A stretch of DNA of 64,000 nt from Epiperipatus broadwayi (Eukaryota; Animalia; Onychophora): the NCBI GenBank assembly GCA_028023455.1, contig JAQFVV010000009.1, positions 14,384,001 to 14,448,000 of the forward strand, written 5' to 3'. Each line of letters begins with the position of its first letter. The first letter of the stretch is position 1. Positions 52,480-64,000 of this stretch are shown one piece after another. A program made the translations under genes and the position numbers. The notes under the pieces are model-generated. The model was not told where the DNA came from. It saw only the letters and a program-made list of their open reading frames with translations, and searched no databases.

Positions 52480-54800
52480 GCACCAACATTATATTTGTTG
52501 TGTTACTGAGTTTCATATGTTTTCCAGTGTTTAAGTTAATTGATGGCATAGATTGATGGTTATCTGGAGTCACCTTAGAGATTTGCTTGTTGTATGATCA
52601 GTGACCAGGTTGTTGTGAAAATGTCTGCTTGTGCAATTTTATTATCTCTGGCTCATAATTTTGCCAGTTTGATATTAAATGTTGATGGATGTTTCCTTGT
52701 GTTATTACCTAATGTGAATGTGCAATGAGTACACAAATATGCATAGAGCATGAAGGTGGCTGCATGAACTGATGGAGTAGCACTTTTGTAATATGAGTTG
52801 AAGATTTCCTGAAGAGTGGTATTGGTTTGTCTATATGCTCATGTCATGATATTGCAAATTCTATCTAGTACTGAACAATGATAGAACAGATGTTGCTATG
52901 TTTCTTCATCCCTGTGATATAGGGGAAAAGGATCAATATTGGTGTACAGTCTCTGGCATTTCAGAAAATATAACATGGGCAGTGCATGAAGATTCAATCT
53001 CAACAAGAAATTCAAAATATTTTGGCTCCAGATACTATTTTTTAAACTTGCAGAGTAATTGTTTATTGTTAATTCTAAGCATTGTCAGATAGATGTCATG
53101 GCTTGGATTGGATGTATTAATGAATAAATTTGCCAGTATGAGTACTTGTTTATTCTTTGGAGTGATATTTGTGGAGACGTGGTTTTAATATAATTGATGA
53201 TGAATAATAGTTGGTCATAGGCAAGGGATTGCCTATCTGTTAGTGTTATTTGGAGAAAGCATTGAAGCACTGTAAAGTTTTTGGCCATTGCTATTATTAG
53301 GTTTGTGGCTTTCTGTAAATGGAAAGTAATTATGAAGACCCAGTCCATTGTGAATAGATAGTCTGGCAAGCTGTTTTGCATATTGACATTGTCTTCCTTT
53401 GCTACAAGAGCTTGTTGCAGAGAGATTTTATTCATAAAAGCTTTAGAAAAAGTAACAATGGGTGAGTAATATGTACTTTTTGTTGTGATTAGTTGGTTAA
53501 ACAGTTGGATCTTGAAATATATTGATAGATATGCCTTCAAGAGTGAATAATCTGCTCCTCTTTGAATTTGTTCAGGATTTAACCCTCATTGCATTTGTAC
53601 TCATATAAAAAGGAAAACCCAAAAAGACTTCCCCCATATAAGCCTGTGTATTGTTTAGTGTTATAAAGTGACCAAACTGCAGTCTTGTTTAGATTGATTT
53701 TGAGTTTATGTGTAGCTGCAAATTTTTGTAGTGTTCTATGCAAGGTTAATAGGTGTTTTTTGAATGGAAGAAAGACACTTATTTCATCCATATAAGCAAT
53801 GCATGTTACCTGCTGAGATGGTGTTTTTTTGGTATTTGAATGCCAATGAATGTTTGTTGGATTTTTATTAATAGAGGGTTGATGTAGAAAGTGAAGAGTA
53901 ATGAACTCAGTGGGTATCCTTGTGAGATTGATTGTGTTGGAGTAAAGGGTGTAAATTTTTGACACTGAGTGTGATATCTATTTTGTAATTCAGCAGCAAA
54001 TTAGTTATGGCATTTGTGGTGGCAGCCTACATTTCAATTAATATCTTGATTGTCACAGAGTCAAAAACTGACTCAGTGTCTATTTGTATTGCAACTGGTC
54101 TATACTTTATTCAGCCTTGCCCAGAACTCAAAATTGCTTTGAAAAAAAGTGCTGCCTGTCCTGTTGATGATTACTTTCTTGCAAATTGATATGGCAAAAT
54201 CAATAAAAGCAGATATGGCTCAATCATTTCTTTAATGACTTTCTCAATGATGGCTATTGGGCCCATTGAGATAGGCTGAAGGTTGTGAAGGGTGGTTATT
54301 TGAGTGGCTTCTTATTAAACAGTACTATTGTAATTGGCCTTAAGGATTCTCAATGTTGTATATTTTTTGTGAGATAGTTTGTAAGATTTTATAACCCTCG
54401 AATAGTTGAAAGGGCTGATATGCTCATACAGGAATTTTGGTATGCCATGAGTGCCTGGATGATAAGCATTAAACAGAATAGCAAGTTCAATGGCATATTT
54501 TTTAGTGGTAAGTGGTGTGTTTGTCTCAGGTAGTCCAAAATACTCAGAAGATGGATTGAAGAGTTTATGTATTTGAAGCTTCTGTTTCAAATACTTATAT
54601 ATAGGTTCAATAATATTGTGTGCTGCATGTGTAGTTGCTCCAATTCTAAGTGCCAGAGGCACTCAAAGGTGGTGGGGAAGCCCATGTCCATCTGATATAT
54701 TCCCTGATCTATGTGGGCTGTTAACTGAGGCAGATTTTGCTTTTGTTGATGGCTAGGTAGTTTTTAAATGATGCACATATGCTGTTATATGCCTGGGTGA
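52480..54800 (-). pseudogene. decayed L1/Tx1-type LINE (copy 3), RT and 3' part
   Basis: YHPGTHGIPKFLYEHI (main copy IHPGIHGIPKFMFKHL), IAYMDEISVFLPFKKHL, and aaatattttggctc shared with 41237. Boundaries are approximate. Confidence 0.82.
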
Positions 54801-54820
54801 GCTTATATATATATATATAT

Positions 54821-56401
54821 TGAACCACCCACCTTAATTATCTAAAATAAAAACAACAAATAGAAATCTAAAATACTTTCCTCCTTTTTTAAACTACCCA
54901 ATATTTAAAGGTGCTTGATCCTCAGGTAGAGTGTAAAATATCATTGGCAGCAAACTACCAATAACATAAACACTTGGATACTGGACAAATACCAACCAAA
55001 CAAACACTTTATTTATTTTTAAGGTAAAACCTTTTATGCACCAGCTAATTAGATTCATAATTAACATGTTTATCTGTTTAGCACTAAATCCAGTACCTGA
55101 GCCTCCAGCTAGCTCAATGAATTTTAACTACCTTTTAAGAGAATAATAACTCCGCCCTAAAAAATACTTCTATTTTCAAAAAAATAACAATGTACTGAAT
55201 GAGAAAACAATTTACGTCTTTACACAATAAATCCTTACTTTTAAAATTATAATTTCCCTTTCCACTTTATTAAAATATTACTCTGTATAACTGTGTGTGT
55301 TAAAACGTAAACATAAATATTTTAAAAGACAATTTAAATATTTTCTTTCTTAAAAGAAAAAAAAAATCGTTTTGCTTTATAACTTAAACATGCACACTCT
55401 ATTCATTTTAGATAAATGTTTTTAATATATTATTTTAAATAAAATATACACAATGCATTAACTTAAAATTCACACATTCGTACACACAATGTCTTTAAAT
55501 ATAATTAAATATAAAAGCCGATATTGTTTGTATTTTCCAAATATTATTTTAAAAAGTTTAAAGTTTTATTTAGCACAGTTTATTGTTTATCTTTAAAGGA
55601 AATCAAGAATGAAAGCATATTAAAACAAGAGTTACCTAGGATTTATGAATTTGGAAATGACGTACACAGCACAATGTAGATTCTTTAAAATTACTTATGA
55701 CCGGTTAGCGCTAACTTCCAACAAATCTTCTTTGGATCCTGTGATCTTATATAAACTTTCATGGATTTTTCAGCACACATACACTCCGCTACTGTACTTG
55801 TTTTATTCAAACATGGTTCTCTCTGAACTAAGAAAGCTCCAGTTGATTGTACAACATGGTGATTTAACAGTGCATTGTATTGGGAGACATAACAATTTAT
55901 ATAATTGTTATATCTATAGCTTCAAGAAATATTTTTAAAAAAAAAAATAATAATAATAATATTTATTCCAGAATAATAAATGTTGAAAAATTTAAATCAT
56001 TTTAAACAATGGAAATTTTTATTAACTCCAGCATCTATTGTCTCGTGAAATTACTGTTCTTTGCTTCACTTTGATTGGGCTTCTATTTTTTTCTTTAAAA
56101 CTTTCACACACACATGCACACATTTAATTGTTTTATTGTAAAACAAAACGAAATTTCTTTATTATTTTTTATTACAAATTAGTCAAAATAATATTAAATC
56201 ATTTTTATTTCATAAGATTTTTTTTACTTTTTTAAATAAAAAAAATCTTATCCTTTTTTAAAGCATTTATTATTTATTTTTTCTTTAATAATAAAACCCC
56301 TTACCCTACTCTTTAGTTTTAAATCTTTATTCTTTCAACTTTTATTTTTTAAAAAATGAGATTTATAAAATATTAATTAGATAACAATGTACCTCGGTAC
56401 A
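54821..56401 (-). repeat. 3' LTR (1581 bp)
   Basis: tgaacc...ggtaca; colinear with 60650-63913 once the insertion is removed. Confidence 0.93.
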
Positions 56402-56420
56402 TTATCTCCGTCCCTCCCTT
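56402..56420 (-). other. polypurine tract
   Basis: AAGGGAGGGACGGAGATAA immediately precedes the 3' LTR on the minus strand. Confidence 0.85.
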
Positions 56421-56641
56421 AAACTAAAATATCAATCTGAGTATTTTAGTTTCAAAATCTAAATTCATAAATATTATATTGCTTCCCATTACTTTATTTA
56501 ATTACAATTTGTCTTCCTATAACCGTGTCATCATATTTATTTACTATAATTCTTTTTTCAGTAATTGTAGAGATCGAGCATTGAACGTTTCTTTTTTCTC
56601 CGACCCCTCAGTGACTTCAAATGCATTATTTCCATATTCTT

Positions 56642-59600
56642 TTATGATTTTATATGGCCCATCATATATTGGCTGAAATTTCTTATATATTTCCTTTCTC
56701 TGGGTGGCTTATTGGATTTACCCTCACCATTAAATTCCTCCCCCAACTTAAACACACATTTGACCTTCCCTTGCCTCTTTTGTCTTATACTACCCATCCT
56801 TCTAAGCTTACGGTGTGCCTTGTCTACATCTTTTTTTATCAATATATGGCGATCTAACTGGTAAGATAGTTTTGAACAGATATGGGACATTCTTTCCTTG
56901 ATGGAGTCTAATAGGCTCGAATCCTGTTGATTTATTCTTTGACCAATTTATTATGTCAGCTACTCTTGTTGCCTCCTTCACCCATCTATGATGATTATTC
57001 TGTAGGTACACATGAAATAAATGTCCCAATTCCCCCATGATTCATTCACATGGATTAGATTGCGGATTGCGAATTGAAGTGAGGATATGCCTTATCTTGT
57101 GATGCTCCATCCATTTTCTCCATTCTTCAGACATAAAAGGCATTCTGTGATCTGACATTATTTGTTTTGGGACTCCCACATCTCGAAAATGTTGATGTTC
57201 AAGGTCCCTTATGGTCTGTTTAGCATCAGCTTGCACCACTGGGTAAATATCCACAAACTTGAAAAAAACATCATAAGTCACTACCAAATATTTCTTTTGC
57301 TTAAATTGAGGTAATGGTCCATAAAAATCTATTGCCAATAAACTATTAGGCTGATATGCGCATATAGGTCTCAATGGCCCCACATTTGATGTATTAGGAG
57401 ATTTGGTTTTTGCACACACTATGCACCCCTCTATGATGTTTAAGACACTCTATACATTCTTGGCCAATAAAACCAGTTGTTTATCCATCCTTCAGTTTTG
57501 CTTGCCCCATAATGTCCTTATTTTTTATGTATGTATTTGATCATCTGTTTCCGCATGACCATTGGCAAAACAATTTGTGTATGTTTGCTATCTTTCATTT
57601 TGTGTTGCTAAAGTCCATCTTTTACACAATATCGTTTCCTTTCTTTCCATAGTGTGTTGTTTATAGATCCACCTATAGGTTGGTGATGCAAATAGCATAT
57701 TATTTGTTTACATTCTGCATCCTTTTCTTGCAACTCTCTTAACCTTTTCAAACCACATTCTATTTCATTGCCTTGATGTATTTTCACCATTGCTATGTAG
57801 GCGTTATCACAATTTAAATGTATCTGAGGTTCTATCGGGTATCGACTTAAAGCATCTGCTGCCATATTGTCTTTACCTGGACAATACTGTATACCATAAT
57901 CAAATTCTTTCAAAAATAGAATCCATTGAATCAACCTACTATTTGTAAGAAAACTATGATTAAGGAACTCAAGGCTCCTGTGGTCAGTGATCACTATCAT
58001 CTGCGACCCTATTAAGTACTGCCTAAACTTTTTAAAGGCCCACATGATTACTAAAGCTTCTCTCTCAGTTATAGTGTAATTTTTCTCTGGCCCATTTAGT
58101 AAATGACTTACAAAGAAAAGCACCCTGTACTTCCCATCGTCTTGCAACTGAGATAACGTAGCCTCCAATCCGATTCCACTGCTGTCCATTTGTACAATAA
58201 ATGATTTACCAAAATCTGGGTATGTCAACATGACTTACTTTAAAAAATCTTTTTACACTTTCAAAACTACTCTCTTGTTGCTCTTCCCATGCCCATTTTT
58301 TATCTTTTCTTAATAGTTGTAACAGAGGCTCCATATTTGAGGAAATTTTTTTATAAAATCGATTGAAAAAATTACACAATCCAAGAAAAGACTTAAGGTC
58401 TTTCTTCTTCGTTGGTCTTGTTCACTAATTATGTGTCCTAAAATTTTATTTCTGTAGTCATTAAATGGATTTTGCTCAAATTTAATTTAATCCCTTTATT
58501 TTTGCATTCATCGAATAGCAATTTCAAATGTTCAAAGTGTTCTTCCACACTTTCTGAGGTTAAAATAATATCATCCACATACATAGTAATCAGGTTTTTA
58601 ATTTTATCAGATAACACTTGATCAAGCCATTGCATTAATTCTGCCCCACTATTTTTTAAACTGAAAGGAATTCGGTTGAAATTATATGCCTGTCCATTAT
58701 AATGGAAAGTGGTGTATTTCCGATCCTCAGGATGCAGCTTGATCTGCCAGTAACTGGCCATTAGGTCAAAAGTTGAAAATATTTTTTTTATGAAACTTCA
58801 TTAATAATTCATTTATAGGTGGTGGTGCATTGGTATCTAACACTGTTATTTTATTCAATTGCCAAGCATCCAGGCACAATCGAATAGACCCATTTTTTTT
58901 CTTAACTGTAACTAGCAGGTTGTTATATGGAGATGAGCATTTAGAAATAATTCCCCACTTTAACATATTCTCTAGTTGTTCCTCCACTGCATTTCTATAT
59001 TGATGTGGTATAGGGTATGCTTATGCTTGATATGGTCAGTTTTTCATAAGCTTTATCCTATGCTCGTACCCCTCAATGACTCCAGGAACTTCTGAAAATA
59101 TACTTTCATATGCATCCAACAACTCTTTCAATTGTTTTCCATCCCTATTTCCTCACTCATCAGCCATCACATTTTCCTCTACTTCTAATCCTGCACTTTC
59201 TATATCGCACTCTGCATTAACATTATTTATTTCACACACATCAAATGGGATTTCCGCCTGACTAAACCTCACCTGTCACTTCTCATAATCTAATATGCAT
59301 CCAACTTCATACATAAAATTCAAACCCAGGATAACATCATGTATCAGTCCCGCTAAAATCAATATAACATGGTTATATATCTTTCCTGCTATATTCATAC
59401 TTATCCAAGCCTGTTCTGATGCCAACTTAGTTTTTTCCATTCGCCAACATTATGTATACATTCTTTAGTGGCAAGGTTTTGATTTTCATATTGCTGCGAC
59501 ATATTTCATCAAAAATTTTCTGTGAAATCACTGATACCTGACTTCCTGAGTCAAACAGCACATTTACAGTCCTTTCTTTGATTTTCATTTCTATTTTTGG

Positions 59601-60250
59601 GCATGAATGAGATGGCATTCTCAACTCCTCCTTCTCCTCGTTTTGTGTCAAGTTTGCTACTTGCCCGCAAGTATTCTCGGCATTCCCTTCTTTACTCCAA
59701 CTTTCCTCATATTGTCTACTGCTATCCAATGTCATAAGTATCTCTGCAGTCTGTTCTATAGTGTCCTTTACCATTATTATCTTTCAAATATCCTCTGGAA
59801 AACCTCACCTTACTATACGCAAAATTTGCTGTTCAGACAACTTGTATGCTATAACCATTCTCAATTTAGCTATTTGTCTGTGAAAAAACATGCTCAATAT
59901 TTCCCCTATCCTCCATTTATCCTGTTATGCCTGATGCTTAATCATCTCCTGAAGTTCCTTCCCCCAATAGGTTGACAGCAATGCTCATTTGTACTCCTCA
60001 AAGCTTGTCGGTTTTACTCCCATTGAGTCCCACCAAACGTCAGCCTCATCCTGTATATAACTAATGGCTATATTAACCTTAGTTAATTCATTAAACTCAT
60101 CACAGGAGAAAAAAGCTCTAAACTCTCTAAATGTCTATTCAGTATTTCCCCTCTGTTTCCAGAGAAAGTCTTTATTTTCATAACCCGGATCGCTATTTCC
60201 ATTTCACCAATAATTCATCTAATTTCAATTAAAGAGTAAAATTCTTTTTC
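56642..60250 (-). pseudogene. Gypsy gag-pol (gag, protease, RT, RNase H, integrase), frameshifted
   Basis: gag EADVWWDS..SFEEYK..LSTYW; PR VLFDSGSQVS; RT SSPYNN..IRLCLD, YWQI, MYVDDII; RH VQMDSS..TEREAL..ITDHRSL; INT AIDFYGPLP..IMSDH. No env-sized space before the PPT. Confidence 0.93.
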
Positions 60251-60630
60251 TTAGCCCTCTTGAAGTTCTATTTTTACACCTCCTGCTTGTCTATCCTCAT
60301 TCGTTTGGAGTGTCCCTTTTTCTTTTTCTAAGGATTATGCCTCCACATTATATAATGTCATATAAAAATCACTGTTTACAAGTGTACTAATCTAACCAGT
60401 TCTCTCAAAACAACAACATCAACACTATCATGCCTTCTAACTTCTTTCTCACTAACTGTCACCTATATTATTAATGGCTAACTTTGACCATCCAACCTCA
60501 AAAACATCCAACTACAACTTAAGTTGGTCTTACCATTTGAAATGACCAGTTTCAGGTCACATTAATACGCCAAATGAACATCCAACCACAACTTACGCTG
60601 GTTCTACCACTTGAAATGTCTAGTTTCATG

Positions 60631-60646
60631 CCACGTTGATGCACCA
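60631..60646 (-). other. primer binding site, loosely tRNA-Lys(CUU)-like
   Basis: TGGTGCATCAACGTGG lies 3 nt from the 5' LTR; the canonical Lys PBS is TGGCGCCCAACGTGG, an imperfect gapped match. Confidence 0.55.
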
Positions 60647-60649
60647 AAA

Positions 60650-63600
60650 TGAACCGCCCACCTTAATTATCTAAAATAAAAACAAATAGAAATCTAAAAT
60701 ACTTTCCTCCTTTTTTAAACTACTCAATATTTAAAGGTGTTTGGTCCTCAGGTAGAGTGTAAAATATCATTGGCAGCAAATTACCAATAACATAAACACT
60801 TGGTTACTGGACAAATACCAACCAAACAAACACTTTATTTATTTTTAGAATAAAACCTTTTGTGCGCCAGCTAATTACATTCATAATTAACATGTTTATC
60901 TGTTTAGCACTAAATCCAGTACCTGAGCCTCCAGTTAGCTCAATGGATTTTAACTATCTTTTAACTTTTTCAGTGCTGTTGGCGTGAATTAAGTGCTTTG
61001 TGTGCTCATTTGATGACATGTTATTTTCTTTCTTTGCTGATGTAAAAAGTATAATCATGATGTCTTACAAAATATGGCCATTCTATAGCTATATATGTTA
61101 GCTTTCAAACGATCTTTATTTCAAAAAACTCGGTTGAAATTTGAATTTTTAGTGAATATTTTAATCAACCACAGTATTTAATTTTTTTGTTTTTTGATCA
61201 TTTTTGTACTTATCATGAAACAATAAAAGACATAAAATGTTTTATGACTGCAAGTGAAATTTTCTCCGGTATTATTCACAAACAAGGCTTACAACAGACC
61301 CACAATGTAATTATTAGTAAGTAAAAATTTTTAATTTTTTTTTACATTTTTTGAAAAAATATATTTTTTATTAATTTTAGTTTGTAATTAGTGTGTGATA
61401 ATTTGTAGTTATATATTTATTTATTTATTTATGCTCATATACAATTCATATCTATCAAAAAATTGGTGTGTGTGTAATTATATATTTATGCTCATATAGA
61501 ATTCATATTTATCATAATTTTTCAAAGGTAGTTTGTAATACATTTATTTATGCTCACATAGAATTCATATTTATCGAAAAATTAGTGTGATTTAGTTTGT
61601 AATTATATATTTACTCGTATAGAATTCATATCATAATTAACTTAGTATATAATTCATATCATAATTTTCTAAAGTTCTATCTACACTAATCCTCTTATTT
61701 TTATAAAAATAATGATTTTCAAAAAGTATACTTTTTAAAAATCATTAATTATGTTTATATAATATGGTTTACAATCAATGGGTTATAAAACTAATAATCA
61801 AATGTATACAAACATTGCATACTCAAACATATAATCCAGTTCTGATTCTTGTTTATGTTTATGCTTGATCATGCTTTACTTTTGCTATATGTTTCATAAC
61901 ATTATTTTCAAGTCTATAGACTGTATACAAATAAATTATATCTGTGGTACAATAAATATAAGAAGATAGCATCACTTCTGTAAATAAAGAATATAAACAT
62001 CACTTGTGTCATAAAGAATATAAATATCACTTGTGCAGTGCATAAAGAATATAAACATCACTGGTGACCACAAAGACTATAAACATCACTATTGTACACA
62101 CACAAAAAAATGAAGAGATGAAACTCATTTTATCAGTGATATAGAAAGTAGCCTACAATTTCTAGTTTTAGACAGACGAGAAGCCAATTTCTATGATGAT
62201 TTCTTTTGTATCTTTTATTAGGAGGAATCTTTTTCTTTATAGATGCCTTTGACATTTAGAACATTTGGGGTACAAGATAAAAGTCATATCCGACTTCTTT
62301 TGGAGATTGTGAAGCCGTGGATTATCTCAGGTAAGACATATTATACATGTTTAGAAAGATAATTTTGTAAGGAATAGAAAGAAATTATCACTGAAGATGT
62401 ATTTTGAATTTTAGCTAATGTTAATTTCCAAATTATGAACAAACAATAAAATAATAATTATTTCGGATGTGAAAATTTCTTTTTTCCTTATTTTTTATAT
62501 AGTTATCACTATTTATTTTATGCTTATTGTTTTCCTTAATTTTTCTAGTTTCTAACAATGTAATTGTTTTTGCTCTAACATAATTAAAACTGAAGTTATT
62601 ATGAAAATTGTGTCTCAGGCTAGTATTTTAAAAAGTTCAATATGGCGGCTTGAAGCTGAATTAGTTAAGAGAATAACAACTCCGCCCTAGAAAATAACAA
62701 TGTACTGAATGAGAAAACAATTTACGTCTTTACACAACAAATCCTTACTTTTAAAATTATAATTTCCCTTTCCACTTCATTAAAATATTACTCTGTATAA
62801 CTGTGTGTGTTAAAACATAAACATAAATATTTTAAATGACAATTTAAATATTTCCTTTTTTTAAAGAAAAAAAAAATTGTTTTGCTTTATAATTTAAACA
62901 CGCACACTCTCTTCATTTTAGATAAATGTTTTTTAATACATTATTATTATAAATAAAATATACACAATGCATTAACTTAAAATTCACACATTCGTACACA
63001 CAATGTCTTTAAATATAATTAAATATAGAAGCCGATATTGTTTGTATCTTCCAAATATTATTTTAAAAAGTTTAAAGTTTTATTTAGCACAGTTTACTGT
63101 TTATCTTTAAAGGAAATCAAGAATGAAAGCATATTAAAACAAAAGTTATCTAGGATTTATGAATTTGGAAATGACATACACAGCACAATGTAGATTCTTT
63201 AAAATTACTTATGACCGGTTAGCGCTAACTTCCAACAAATCTTCTTTGGATCCTGTGATCTTATATAAACTTTCATGGATTTTTCAGCACACATACACTC
63301 CGCTACTTTACTTTCTTTATTTAAACATGGTTCCCTCCAAACTAAGAAAGCTCCAGTTGATTATACAATGTGATGATTTAACAGTGCATTGTATTGGGAG
63401 ACATAACAATTTATATAATTGTTATATCTATAGCTTCAATAAATATTTTTAAAAAAAAAAAAAATAATAATAATATTTATTCCAGAATAATAAATGTTGA
63501 AAAATTTAAACCGTTTTAAACAATGGAAATTTTTATTAACTCCAGCGTCTATTGTCTCATGAAATTACTGTCCTTTGCTTTACTTTGATTGGGCTTCTAT

Positions 63601-63913
63601 TTTTGTCTTTAAAACTTTCACACACACACGCACACATTTAATTGTTTTATTGTAAAACAAAACGAAATTTCTTTATTATTTTTTATTACAAATTAATCAA
63701 AATAATATTAAATCATTTTTGTTTCATAAGACTTTTTTTTTTTTAAATAAAAAAAATCTTATCCTTTTTTAAAGCATTTATTATTTATTTTTTCTTTAAT
63801 AATAACCCCCCCCCACCCTACTCTTTAGTTTTAAATCTTTGTTCTTTCAACTTTTATTTTTTAAAAAACGAGATTTATAAAATATTAATTAGATAATAAT
63901 GTACCTCGTTACA
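60650..63913 (-). repeat. 5' LTR with nested insertion
   Basis: tgaacc...gttaca; LTR sequence at 60650-60964 and 62665-63913. Confidence 0.93.
60965..62664. mobile_element. 1700-bp non-autonomous TTAA-targeting element (piggyBac-like)
   Basis: The single TTAA of the other LTR (55135-55138) is duplicated at 60961-60964 and 62665-62668. Termini CTTTTTCAG / CTAATTCAG (reverse complement). Two internal minisatellites; no ORF. Confidence 0.75.
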
Positions 63914-64000
63914 ATATATATATATATATGCAAAACCATTAAACAATACAATACTAGATAAAATCCAAAATTTTACCAAAATCCTTACACAACCATGGTT

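Larger units (their letters stand above)
54821..63913 (-). mobile_element. full-length Ty3/Gypsy LTR retrotransposon, decayed
   Basis: Two TG...CA LTRs, PBS, PPT and order gag-PR-RT-RH-INT; inserted in a (TA)n tract with ATAT on both sides. Confidence 0.95.

Noticed and set aside
61965-62095. Short repeated units resembling a CRISPR array (also 11555-11760)
   Set aside because: Units are directly adjacent without unique spacers, the context is eukaryotic, and there are no cas genes.

Overview
AT-rich, CpG-depleted eukaryotic DNA, probably from an invertebrate animal, made almost entirely of transposon-derived and simple repeats. No complete host gene is recognisable; there is one tentative spliced exon pair at about 26.8-27.0 kb (+). 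Well-supported elements: a full-length but decayed Ty3/Gypsy LTR retrotransposon (54821-63913, -) with a TTAA-flanked 1.7 kb insertion in one LTR; a full-length L1/Tx1-type LINE with a 16-bp TSD (40708-46247, -) plus two older relatives; a Buster/SPIN-type hAT transposon and a hAT MITE with exact 8-bp TSDs; a Tc1/mariner-type MITE; tRNA-derived SINEs; older Gypsy remnants; several foldback palindromes; and long trinucleotide microsatellites. The most interesting observation is two unrelated, ORF-less repeat families with monomers of about 456 bp (family A) and about 460-490 bp (family C). Each monomer carries a minimal type-I hammerhead ribozyme motif. Family A inserts at all four loci as a head-to-head inverted composite bounded by a 12-15 bp direct repeat, and family C shows the same geometry at one locus. 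This looks like a retrozyme or Penelope-pLTR-like non-autonomous system. Ribozyme activity, circRNA formation and novelty are untested inferences.
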